From Vulcanococcus sp. (GTDB taxonomy: Bacteria; Cyanobacteriota; Cyanobacteriia; PCC-6307; Cyanobiaceae): a stretch of DNA of 64,000 bases. The stretch lies in the NCBI RefSeq assembly GCF_019264575.1, contig NZ_JAHUZV010000026.1. One strand, 5' to 3'. The notes below the pieces were generated by a model. It was not told the DNA's origin and ran no database searches. It saw only the letters and a program-made list of their open reading frames with translations. Both the position numbers and the translations under genes were made by a program. This document shows, piece by piece, positions 18,295-27,821 of the stretch; the first letter of the stretch is position 1, and each line of letters opens with the position of its first letter.

Positions 18295-19026
18295 TTGATC
18301 CATCTACCGGGTTGCCCGGACTTGCCCTTCAATCCCTCCGATCCCCGTCTGGCCAGTCACTGGACGCGGTTCGATGCCGTGATCAGTCGCTGGCCGGTGG
18401 TGGTGGGGACTGGCGATGAAATCGAGGCCTTTCTCTGCGCCGTGCTCAGTCGGCGTTCTGGAGTACAGACCCGCCTGCTGGGCGCTGGTCTTTGTGAGCG
18501 TGAGGTGCTCGATCTACTGAACAGCGAGCCGTCGGCTTGTCTGCTGCTGTTATCTGATTCCATCGCAGCCGATCAGGGTGTGGCGTTGCTGGAGCGTTGC
18601 CGGCAGCTGCCCCAGCCACCGCAGGTGCTCTACTGCCTGAGCTCAGCAGATGCCGTGGACGTCGACCGATTGCTCGGTCTGGGGGTAAGCGTGATCCTCT
18701 CGATCCACAGCATCGGCAAGCTCAATTTCCGTGAGGCCGCTGATTCCCTGGAACAAGGCCTTCCTTACGTGGACCCGGCGGTACATCGGGCCCTCGCCAT
18801 TGCGGCGGATCTTGGGGATGAGCTCTCGGTGCGGGAGCGGCAGGTGTTGTCGCTGCTGGCCAAGGGGCTGACCAATCGAGAGATTGCTGAGCAGTTGTTC
18901 ATCGCCCCAAGCACTGCTCGCGATTACGTGAGTGTATTGATCAGCAAGTTCAAAGCTGGCAACCGCGTGGAAGTGGCAGCGCGTGCTGTGGAACTCGGCT
19001 ACAGCAGTCAGTTACCCAGCCTCTAA
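18295..19026 (+). CDS. LuxR/NarL-family transcriptional regulator with degenerate receiver domain
   Basis: C-terminal LSVRERQVLSLLAKGLTNREIAEQLFIAPSTARDYVSVLISK LuxR HTH; TTG start uncertain. Confidence 0.9.
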   Translation: MIHLPGCPDLPFNPSDPRLASHWTRFDAVISRWPVVVGTGDEIEAFLCAVLSRRSGVQTRLLGAGLCEREVLDLLNSEPSACLLLLSDSIAADQGVALLERCRQLPQPPQVLYCLSSADAVDVDRLLGLGVSVILSIHSIGKLNFREAADSLEQGLPYVDPAVHRALAIAADLGDELSVRERQVLSLLAKGLTNREIAEQLFIAPSTARDYVSVLISKFKAGNRVEVAARAVELGYSSQLPSL

Positions 19027-19692
19027 TGGCGGCACCGGCACCGCTGGACCGTCGAGGGTGTTGCTGCACAGATCCAGCACAATCCGCTGCCCCACCGTTC
19101 CTGGGGCGGGCGTGTCCCAGCCCTGCCAGGTCCCATCGATCCGCCAGTTCTGGCGGAGGCTGGTGCATTGCACGGCAACGGCCGTGGCGGCTGAACCCCG
19201 CAGGCCCAGATCACTGATCGAGGGCTTCACCAGGGTGATCCGCACCCCGCCGGGATGGAGTTTCCAGCCCGACCAATCCACGGCGGTGGAGTTGAACCAT
19301 TTCCAGCGGGCTAGCCCCGAACGCTCCCGCCACTCGAGTTCGGCGCGGTCGCGCCGCTCGGCCGGGCTGAGCAGCAGCGCGGCGGCGGCCTCGGCATTGC
19401 TGCCCTCAGGCGGCGGCGGTGCCATGGCCTCGGTCGGGGCGCTGTTGCGTTTGGTGGCGCCTCGCACCTCGGGCAGTTTGAGCACTTCCCCCACCTGCAA
19501 CAGCGTTGGATCTCGGATGCCGTTCAGGTCGATCAACGCCTGCAGATCCACGCGGTAGCGCAGGGCTAGCTGCTCGAGCGTGTCGCCCTCCACCACCGTG
19601 ATCGTCCGCGTTTGGCCCAAAGCGGGTGCGCTCCCGATCAGAACAAGGGCCGATGCCAGAGCCAGGACGCGATGCCGTCGCTGCATGGCCAA
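19012..19692 (-). CDS. Secreted LysM-domain protein
   Basis: Signal peptide (RRHRVLALASALVLIGSAPALG), LysM TVVEGDTLEQLALRYRVDLQALIDLNGIRDPTLLQVGEVLKLP, Trp-rich C-terminal domain. Confidence 0.87.
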   Translation of the reverse strand: MAMQRRHRVLALASALVLIGSAPALGQTRTITVVEGDTLEQLALRYRVDLQALIDLNGIRDPTLLQVGEVLKLPEVRGATKRNSAPTEAMAPPPPEGSNAEAAAALLLSPAERRDRAELEWRERSGLARWKWFNSTAVDWSGWKLHPGGVRITLVKPSISDLGLRGSAATAVAVQCTSLRQNWRIDGTWQGWDTPAPGTVGQRIVLDLCSNTLDGPAVPVPPLEAG

Positions 19693-19750
19693 TGGAATCT
19701 CGCTCGAACACTAAGGGAACACTCCCAGCAGTGCTGTTGCGGATCGGACC

Positions 19751-21754
19751 ATGGGCGCCCTGGGGCTGGGAGCGCTGCTGCTGGCGCTTGCCATCGGTGT
19801 GCTGCCGCTGGCTGGGCCGCTCAAGCTGGGGCTGATGGGGGCTCTATTGCTTGCCCTGGTGCTCGGTTTGCGGCGTCGGCCGCGACTGCTGGTGCTGTTG
19901 GCGCTGCTGCTACCCCTGTGTTGTGCGCGAGGCCTGATCGCCCAACCCCATCCGGGCCCTGCAGACCCCTTGCATCGCATTCCGGAGGGGGCGCAGCAGC
20001 AGGCCGTTGTGATCACGGCCCAGCTGCTGGAAGATCCACGCCCTGATCCTTCCGGTCAGCGCTGCAGCGCCCTGGCCCGGCTGCCCGGCGGCCGCAGTGA
20101 GCTGCAGTTCAGCCCGTGCCCGAATCTTCGTCAGGGGTGGCGGCTGCAACTGGAGGGGATGCTGCGCAGGCTCTCGGCTGCGCCCCATCCCCTGCTGTCA
20201 GGCCCTGCCGAGCGCCTGCAGCGCCGCGAGGCCTGGACCGTGCTGCAGGTGCAGCGCTGGCAAGTGCTGGAGCGCGCGCCCACGCCCGTGGCCGACCTGC
20301 GCCGCCGGATGGCGGCTGCCCTGCAGAAAACGGGGGGAGAGCAGGCCGGCGGGGTTCTGTCGGCCCTGGTGCTCGGCAGCGCGGTGAGCCCTTTGCCGCA
20401 GGAGGTGCGGGAGGCCTTTCGCGCTGCCGGTTTGTCGCATGCCCTGGCGGCCAGTGGGTTCCATCTGAGCGTGCTGTTGGGGGCGGTGCTGCTGGTTGCT
20501 CGGCCGCTGCTAGCGCCGTTGCGCTGGGGGATGGCCCTTGTGGCGATGGCCAGCTTCCTATTGCTGGCTGGCGCTCAGCCCTCTGTGGTGAGGGCGGTGC
20601 TGATGGGGGCGTTGGCTTTTGCCTTGCAGGAGGGCGGCCGGCGCACTCGCCCTTTGGCGGTGCTGTTGCTGTGTTTGTTGTTGATGCTTCTGCTGCGGCC
20701 GGCTTGGCTGCTGGATGTGGGCTTTCAGCTCAGTGCCGCCGCCACGGCCGGTTTGATCCTCAGCGCCAGGCCCCTGGAGCAGCAGTTGCGGCGCCATGCA
20801 CCGGCTTGGGCCGCGTCGGCGGCGGCGGTGCCTGTGGCTGCGTCGCTCTGGACCATTCCCTTGCAGCTGCTGCATTTCGGGGTGCTGCCCGTCTACGCAG
20901 TGCCCGCCAACCTGCTCGTAACCCCGCTGCTCACGCCTCTCACCCTGGGCGCGATGGTGATGGCGGCTTTGGCCTTGATTTGCCCGCCGCTGATGAGCGT
21001 GGTGGGTTGGGTTCTGGTGCCTCTGGCGCAGCTGCTCGTGTGGCTGGTGCGGCGGTTGGCGGCCTTGCCGCTGGCCCAGTGCCAACTCGGGCGCATGTCT
21101 CCTTGGTTGGCACTCGCCATGGCCCTGGCGCTGCTGCCGTGGTTGGTGCCGCAGCTCAGGCGCTGGCGGCTGTGGGCGGCGCTCCTGTTGGGTGGCGTGG
21201 CAGCCCTGCAGATGCAGCTGCTTCGGGCCGATCAACTGCTGCTCGTGGAAGACGGCAGCCGGCAGTGGTTGCTCGCACGCCACGCCGGCCGGGCGGCCCT
21301 GATCAGCCGCCGCGCCGATGGCTTCAGCTGCCGCCGCGCCGCTCAGTTGGCCCAGGGGTTGGGCGTGCAGCGCTTCGACTGGGTGCTGTCGCTCGATCCC
21401 CTGACTCCCGAGCAGCCGGAGTGCTGGGCTTCGCTCAGCCCCACCCTGCTGGCTGGCCAAAACGGCAGTCCGCCTCTGGCCGCGGGGCAGCGGCTGCTCA
21501 GCTCCGGTCTGGCGGTGGAGGCCGTGTCAGGCACCAGCCAGGCTCTGCTGCTGGCTGCGGGCCGGTTGCGCTGGGGGCTGCTTCCCGATCGCCAGGCCTG
21601 GTGGAGCTGGCGCGAGCAGCCGGCCCGCGGCGTGGACGGGCTGTGGCTGGGCTTTCGGCCACGCCCTAGCGAGCAGGCTGCGTTGCCGCCCTTGCCGCCC
21701 GAGCGGCTCTGGTGGCCGGCTGCCGGTTCAGCCAGCGGATGGCGCCAGGCTTGA
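19751..21754 (+). CDS. comEC: ComEC/Rec2 competence membrane channel
   Basis: GLSHALAASGFHLSVL, PSVVRAVLMG, DVGFQLSAAAT, PANLL. Confidence 0.92.
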   Translation: MGALGLGALLLALAIGVLPLAGPLKLGLMGALLLALVLGLRRRPRLLVLLALLLPLCCARGLIAQPHPGPADPLHRIPEGAQQQAVVITAQLLEDPRPDPSGQRCSALARLPGGRSELQFSPCPNLRQGWRLQLEGMLRRLSAAPHPLLSGPAERLQRREAWTVLQVQRWQVLERAPTPVADLRRRMAAALQKTGGEQAGGVLSALVLGSAVSPLPQEVREAFRAAGLSHALAASGFHLSVLLGAVLLVARPLLAPLRWGMALVAMASFLLLAGAQPSVVRAVLMGALAFALQEGGRRTRPLAVLLLCLLLMLLLRPAWLLDVGFQLSAAATAGLILSARPLEQQLRRHAPAWAASAAAVPVAASLWTIPLQLLHFGVLPVYAVPANLLVTPLLTPLTLGAMVMAALALICPPLMSVVGWVLVPLAQLLVWLVRRLAALPLAQCQLGRMSPWLALAMALALLPWLVPQLRRWRLWAALLLGGVAALQMQLLRADQLLLVEDGSRQWLLARHAGRAALISRRADGFSCRRAAQLAQGLGVQRFDWVLSLDPLTPEQPECWASLSPTLLAGQNGSPPLAAGQRLLSSGLAVEAVSGTSQALLLAAGRLRWGLLPDRQAWWSWREQPARGVDGLWLGFRPRPSEQAALPPLPPERLWWPAAGSASGWRQA

Positions 21755-21790
21755 GCTGGCACCCTGGTCTCTACACTGCATCGGTCGCCT

Positions 21791-21875
21791 GGAGAGGTGG
21801 CTGAGTGGTCGAAAGCGAACGACTCGAAATCGTTTGAAGGGCAACCTTCCGTGGGTTCGAATCCCACCCTCTCCG
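21791..21875 (+). tRNA. tRNA-Ser(CGA)
   Basis: GGAGAGG/CCTCTCC acceptor stem, AACGA-CT-CGA-AA-TCGTT anticodon arm, long variable arm, GGTTCGAATCC. Confidence 0.97.
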
Positions 21876-21972
21876 CTTCACCAACTCACCCAAGATTCGG
21901 GTTGGTTTGCTGGCCGAGCATTCGGCTGCAAAAGTTTTCTCACCGGCCAGGATTGACAGCCGTTCGGAGATC

Positions 21973-22215
21973 TCAGCTGTGAAAGAGCAGCACGAGGCCG
22001 CGGCTCACTTGATGGAATTCCCGTTCCTCGCGGCTGAGATCCAATCCCACCTGAAGGCCTTCTTCCAGCGCGTTCTCGAAGGGCGGTTGGGTGGGTGGGT
22101 GGCCATCGGTCCACAGCGCGGCAATGCCCACCGGCGTGGCGTGCCAGACAAACCGTTGTGTGGCCCCGATCGAAGGTTCATCGAGGGCGTCTTCCAGGAG
22201 CTCGCGGATCGCCAT
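21973..22215 (-). CDS. Small hypothetical protein (80 aa)
   Basis: MAIRELLEDALDEPSIG...WHATPVGIAALW...LDLSREEREFHQV; coding-like composition, resembles a picocyanobacterial hypothetical as I recall it. Confidence 0.65.
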   Translation of the reverse strand: MAIRELLEDALDEPSIGATQRFVWHATPVGIAALWTDGHPPTQPPFENALEEGLQVGLDLSREEREFHQVSRGLVLLFHS

Positions 22216-22331
22216 GGCAAGTGGGCTCTGGCGCCAGCATCGAGATTTGCCGCTCTGATCGCAATCAGCTGACAGTTTTTGTGATCTGGTGAGCAATCCT
22301 TCTTCAAGGTGCCGGCTTTACCTTGGCCTGG

Positions 22332-23528
22332 ATGGCACAACTTCCCGGCCCCGCCGCTCTCGTGCACGAGTGGTTCACGCCCCGCTCCGTGGGTGGTGCC
22401 GAGCTGGTGGTGCAACAGCTCGATGCGCTGCTGGAGCAGCCGCAGCTGGCGGCTCTGGTGGATGGGGAGAGCAGTCGTGCTGCGAGTTGGCTAGCTGGGC
22501 GCTCCATCCAAACCTCCTTCGTGCAGCAGTTGCCCTGGGGGGTGAGCCATGTGCAGCAATACCTGCCGCTGCTTCCGCTGGCGATTGAGCAGCTGGATCT
22601 GGCTCCTTATCCGCTGGTGATCAGCAGCAGCCACCTGGTGGCCAAAGGGGTGCTCACCAGTCCGGATCAATGCCATCTGAGCTACGTGCACACCCCCGTG
22701 CGCTACGCCTGGGATCAGATGCACGCCTATCTGCGCCAGTCGGCTTTGGCCAGGCGCGGCTTGTCGCCCCTGATCCGCTGGCAGCTGCATCGCCTGCGCC
22801 AATGGGATGTGCTCAGTGCGCAGCGGCCCGATGTACTGATCGCCAACTCCCGCTTCACCGCAGCCCGCATTCGCCGCTACTGGGGGCGCTCCTCCACGGT
22901 GGTGCATCCGCCGGTGGCGCTGGAGCGCTTCCGCTGGGATCAACCCCGCGACGACGTGTATCTCTGCCTCTGCCGCCTGGTGCCCTACAAGCGGGTTGAT
23001 CTGGTGGTGCAGGCCTTCAACGCCACCGGACTCCCGCTGGTGGTGATCGGTGATGGCCCGGAGCGCCAGCGCCTTGAAGCCATGGCAGGGCCGACTGTGC
23101 GGCTGCTGGGCCGCCTCCCGCAAGAGGAGGTGAACAGCTGGCTTGGCCGTTGCAGGGCCTACGTGTATGCGGGGCTCGAGGATTTCGGCATTGCGCCCGT
23201 GGAGGCGATGGCCTCGGGCGCGCCGGTGATCGGCTTGGGGCAGGGCGGACTGCTCGACAGCGTGCGCTGCATCACCAGTGGCTGCGATCAACCCACTGGC
23301 CTGTTGTTCCCGGAACAATCGCTGCAGGCTTTGGTGGCCGCGCTCGAGCATTTCGAGCAGCAACGCTTGTGGACGCAGCTCCCGGCCGCTTCGTTGCGCC
23401 AATGGGCCGAGCGCTTCAGCCCACAGCGGTTCCGCCAGCGCAGCCAGGCCCTGATCGAGCAGGTCTGGAGCCGCCATCAACGGCAGCTGGCCCAACGCAG
23501 CCGCCCGATGTCTGTGCCTCTGGGGTGA
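22332..23528 (+). CDS. Glycosyltransferase family 4
   Basis: VHEW...GGAE, SYVHTPVRYAWD, RLVPYKRVD, EDFGIAPVEAMASGAPVI. Confidence 0.92.
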   Translation: MAQLPGPAALVHEWFTPRSVGGAELVVQQLDALLEQPQLAALVDGESSRAASWLAGRSIQTSFVQQLPWGVSHVQQYLPLLPLAIEQLDLAPYPLVISSSHLVAKGVLTSPDQCHLSYVHTPVRYAWDQMHAYLRQSALARRGLSPLIRWQLHRLRQWDVLSAQRPDVLIANSRFTAARIRRYWGRSSTVVHPPVALERFRWDQPRDDVYLCLCRLVPYKRVDLVVQAFNATGLPLVVIGDGPERQRLEAMAGPTVRLLGRLPQEEVNSWLGRCRAYVYAGLEDFGIAPVEAMASGAPVIGLGQGGLLDSVRCITSGCDQPTGLLFPEQSLQALVAALEHFEQQRLWTQLPAASLRQWAERFSPQRFRQRSQALIEQVWSRHQRQLAQRSRPMSVPLG

Positions 23529-23589
23529 GTGACCGCCGCTGCGGGGCCCGCGGAGCGCTGCACTTCTTTAATGAATCCATATCGCACCG

Positions 23590-24285
23590 TTGAGCACGCG
23601 CCGTTTGTCCTCCGCCTCGATCCCGGCTGAGTCCACGGCCAGCAGCCTGCTGGCGGCTCAGTCGTTGCGCGGGCGGGTGCTCAAGCGGGGCGGCGACATT
23701 GTCTTTTCGCTGTTGGTGCTCGGTCTGGGGTCACCGCTGTTTCTGCTGCTGGCGGTACTGGTGAAGCTCAGCTCGCGGGGCTCTGTGTTCTATTGCCAGC
23801 GCCGCATCGGCCGCGGCTACAAGGGCTTTGGCTGCCTCAAGTTCCGCACGATGCGCCGCGATGCCGACCGGGTGCTCGCCGCGATGCTGGAGGCGGACCC
23901 CAAGCTGCGGGCGGAATTCGAGCGCGATCACAAGCTCAAGCGTGATCCCCGCATTACCCCGCTGGGCAAATTCCTGCGGCGCTCCAGCCTCGATGAGCTG
24001 CCCCAGTTCATCAACGTGCTGCGCGGGGAGATGAGTGTGGTGGGGCCGCGGCCGATCGTGTGGGATGAGCTGCGCCGCTACGGCCGCAACATGGATGAGG
24101 TGCTTTCCGTGCGGCCGGGGCTTACGGGCCTTTGGCAGGTGTCGGGCCGCAACAACCTCACCTACCGCACCCGGGTGCGCCTGGATCTCACCTATGTGCG
24201 TAACCGCAGCTTCTGGCTGGATCTAGGCATCGTGCTGCGCACCATCGGTGTGGTGCTGCTGCCGATGGATCGCGGCGCCTATTGA
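23590..24285 (+). CDS. Polyprenyl-phosphate sugar (priming) transferase, Bac_transf family
   Basis: KRGGDIVFS, KFRTM, KRDPRITPLGKFLRRSSLDELPQF, RPGLTGLWQVSGR. Confidence 0.93.
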   Translation: MSTRRLSSASIPAESTASSLLAAQSLRGRVLKRGGDIVFSLLVLGLGSPLFLLLAVLVKLSSRGSVFYCQRRIGRGYKGFGCLKFRTMRRDADRVLAAMLEADPKLRAEFERDHKLKRDPRITPLGKFLRRSSLDELPQFINVLRGEMSVVGPRPIVWDELRRYGRNMDEVLSVRPGLTGLWQVSGRNNLTYRTRVRLDLTYVRNRSFWLDLGIVLRTIGVVLLPMDRGAY

Positions 24286-25316
24286 GCGCTGCCGGCTGCG
24301 CTGATGACGATGCCCACCGCGAGTCCGGCGAGCAGCCAGAGCAGCTCGAGCTGCAGGTTCAGGCGCAGCATCCGCTCCACAGCAGCAGGGGTGGGCAGTG
24401 GACTGCCGGCTGCCAGCAGCGGTTTGGCCTTGAGCTGATCGCCATAGCGGTTGAGCCCCCCCAGCTGTACGCCGGCGGCATGGGCGTAGGCCGCCTGGGA
24501 GACGCCGGCATTGGGCGAGGGGTCGGGGGCGCCATCGCGAAGAGCGGCTGCTAGCCCTCGAAAACAGCCTCGGGGTCCAGCGCCTGCTGCTAGCGGCAGG
24601 CTGATGGCTACCAGGCGGCAGGGCAGCCACACGAGCTGGTCGTCGAGCCGGGCGCCGGCGGTTCCGAGCCAGAGCAGCCTTCCCTGGCGGTAGCCCAGCA
24701 TCGAGTCAAGGGTGCTGGCGGCTTTGAAGCCCCAGGCCAGGGCCAACGGCCCTGGAGCGCTGCTCAAGCCCGCGCTCCAGAGTCCGGCCCCCACGAGCAT
24801 CCAGAACAGGGGTGCGAACAGTCCGTCCACGGCGTTTTCGCTGGCGGTTTCCGCTGCCGCCCTCAGAATCTCGGCCTGGTTGAGCTCGGTTGTGTCGCGT
24901 CCCACGATCCAGCTCAGGGCTGTTCGTGCCGCCGCTAGATCCGGGAGTGCCCTAAGCACGTCGCGCACCGCCTGCTCGAGGCTGCGCCCCGCCAGTGCGC
25001 TGGCCAGGGCGACCCACAGCAGCAACAGCGCTAAAGGCCTCGCATCAGGTAGCCCTCTGCCCAGGGCCCATTGCTCCAGCAGCCATCCGGCGCCGCCGCT
25101 GCCGCCCACCAGCAACGCCGTGATCACCCCACCGCCGAGGCGCAAGGCCCAGGGGCAATCGCCGGCCCAATGCTCCGCCAGCTGCTGCAGCCTGCGGATC
25201 CACCAGCCCATCACCACCACCGGATGCAAGCACCAGCGGGGATCGCCCACCAGCCGGTCCAGACCGGCGGCGGCACTCACCAGCAAAAAGGGGTGGATCC
25301 CCGTGAAGGAATCCAC
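24279..25316 (-). CDS. cbiB: Adenosylcobinamide-phosphate synthase CbiB/CobD
   Basis: LDRLVGDP...HPVV, WIVGRDT, ETASENAVDGLFAPLFW, STLDSMLGY, SPNAG; start uncertain. Confidence 0.92.
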   Translation of the reverse strand: MDSFTGIHPFLLVSAAAGLDRLVGDPRWCLHPVVVMGWWIRRLQQLAEHWAGDCPWALRLGGGVITALLVGGSGGAGWLLEQWALGRGLPDARPLALLLLWVALASALAGRSLEQAVRDVLRALPDLAAARTALSWIVGRDTTELNQAEILRAAAETASENAVDGLFAPLFWMLVGAGLWSAGLSSAPGPLALAWGFKAASTLDSMLGYRQGRLLWLGTAGARLDDQLVWLPCRLVAISLPLAAGAGPRGCFRGLAAALRDGAPDPSPNAGVSQAAYAHAAGVQLGGLNRYGDQLKAKPLLAAGSPLPTPAAVERMLRLNLQLELLWLLAGLAVGIVISAAGSAQ

Positions 25317-25342
25317 CCCAGCAGGAAGAACCAAGAGCTGGA

Positions 25343-26374
<1,032 letters not shown>

Positions 26375-26398
26375 TTACGAAAGCGCCCGCCGCACACC

Positions 26399-27013
26399 TC
26401 AAGCGGCCGCTGATGCCTCGGTGGGATGGGCGATCACGCGGTCGATCAGGCCGTACTGCACCGCTTCGGCCGCGCTCATGAAGTAATCGCGGTCGGTGTC
26501 CTTCTCGATCTTGGCGAGCTCTTGGCCGGTCATGTCCGACATGCTCTTGTTGAGCATGTCTTTGATGCGCAGGATCTCGCGGGCTTCGATCTCGATGTCG
26601 CTGGCTTGACGCTGGCTAGTGCCGCCCAGGGGCTGGTGAATCATGATTCGGCTGTGGGGCAGAGCCAGCCGCTTGCCCTTGGTGCCGGCGCCGAGCAGGA
26701 AGGCACCCATCGAGGCAGCCAAGCCCACGCAGATCGTCACCACATCCGACTTCACGTATTGGATGGTGTCGTAGATCGCCAGGCCGGCGGTCACCGAGCC
26801 GCCCGGTGAGTTGATGTACAGGTAAATCGGCTTGGAGTTGTCCTCCGAGTCGAGGTAAAGCATCTGTGCCACCAGGCTGTTGGCGATGGCGTCGTTCACC
26901 TCAGAGCCCAGAAACAGGATCCGCTCCACGCCCAGGCGTGTGTAGATGTCAACCCAGCGCTCGTACTGGCTGCCGGGCAGGCGGTAGGGAACGCTCGGGG
27001 TGCCGATGGGCAT
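26399..27013 (-). CDS. clpP: ATP-dependent Clp protease proteolytic subunit
   Basis: [36 protein letters not shown]. Confidence 0.96.
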   Translation of the reverse strand: MPIGTPSVPYRLPGSQYERWVDIYTRLGVERILFLGSEVNDAIANSLVAQMLYLDSEDNSKPIYLYINSPGGSVTAGLAIYDTIQYVKSDVVTICVGLAASMGAFLLGAGTKGKRLALPHSRIMIHQPLGGTSQRQASDIEIEAREILRIKDMLNKSMSDMTGQELAKIEKDTDRDYFMSAAEAVQYGLIDRVIAHPTEASAAA

Positions 27014-27088
27014 GGCGGATGCGGTGGTGGGTGGCCGGAGGTGTGGGAATTGGTGAGGGTCTAGGCCGCTGGAGAGGCCCAGCCGGTT

Positions 27089-27790
27089 TCAGCTGATACC
27101 GGGATTGCCGGGGCTGACGCCGGCGCCAGCCGGTAGGGGGCTCGGCAGCTTCTGGCTGGTGAGTACGCGATCGATCAGCCCGTACTCCACCGCTTCATCG
27201 GCGGTGAGGTAGGTCATGCGGTCAGAGTCCTTGGCCAGCTGCTCCACGCTGCGGCCGGTGTTGCTCGAGAGCATTTCGAGCATGGTCTGCTTGTTGTGCA
27301 GCACCTCTTTGGCCCGAATCTGAATGTCGCTGGCCTGGCCGCGGGCACCGCTGCGGGGTTGGTGCAGCACGATCGAAGCGTGGGGCAGGGCAGCGCGATG
27401 GCCTTTGGTGCCTGCACTCAGGATCATGGCCGCTGTGCCCATGGCCTGGCCGATGCAAATGGTGTGCACCGGGGGCTTCACGTAGCGGATGGTGTCGGCG
27501 ATGGCGAAAGCCTCGGTTTCAAAGCCGATGGCGTCGCCCGAGTACCAGCTGGTGCCAGTGGAGTTGATGTAGAAGAAGATCGGCTTCTCCGGGTTATCGA
27601 ATTCCAGGTAAAGCAGCTGGGCGATGATCAATTCGGTGACGTCGATGCCCATCTGACGCTTGGCATCGTCGTCGCTGAACAGCGGCAGGCCCAGATACAC
27701 GATCCGTTCCTTCAGCAGCAGCGAAGGCAGATCCGGCGGAGGGGTGCGCATCACGGCGGAATCGCCGTAGTAAGGAGCTGACACCGACAT
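27089..27790 (-). CDS. clpR: Non-catalytic Clp protease subunit ClpR
   Basis: RTPPPDLPSLLLKERIVYLG, YINSTG, GQAMGTAA (catalytic Ser replaced). Confidence 0.9.
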   Translation of the reverse strand: MSVSAPYYGDSAVMRTPPPDLPSLLLKERIVYLGLPLFSDDDAKRQMGIDVTELIIAQLLYLEFDNPEKPIFFYINSTGTSWYSGDAIGFETEAFAIADTIRYVKPPVHTICIGQAMGTAAMILSAGTKGHRAALPHASIVLHQPRSGARGQASDIQIRAKEVLHNKQTMLEMLSSNTGRSVEQLAKDSDRMTYLTADEAVEYGLIDRVLTSQKLPSPLPAGAGVSPGNPGIS

Positions 27791-27821
27791 CCGCGGATCA
27801 CTGCAGGCCTGAGCCGGGAGC

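Noticed and set aside
21791-21972. tRNA-Ser (and tRNA-His/Leu) as integration sites for an island
   Set aside because: No integrase and no duplicated tRNA 3' end seen in the window
22256-22269. CTGAT-N4-ATCAG palindrome in the hypothetical/GT4 divergent region
   Set aside because: Only 5-bp arms, likely by chance; no nearby regulator
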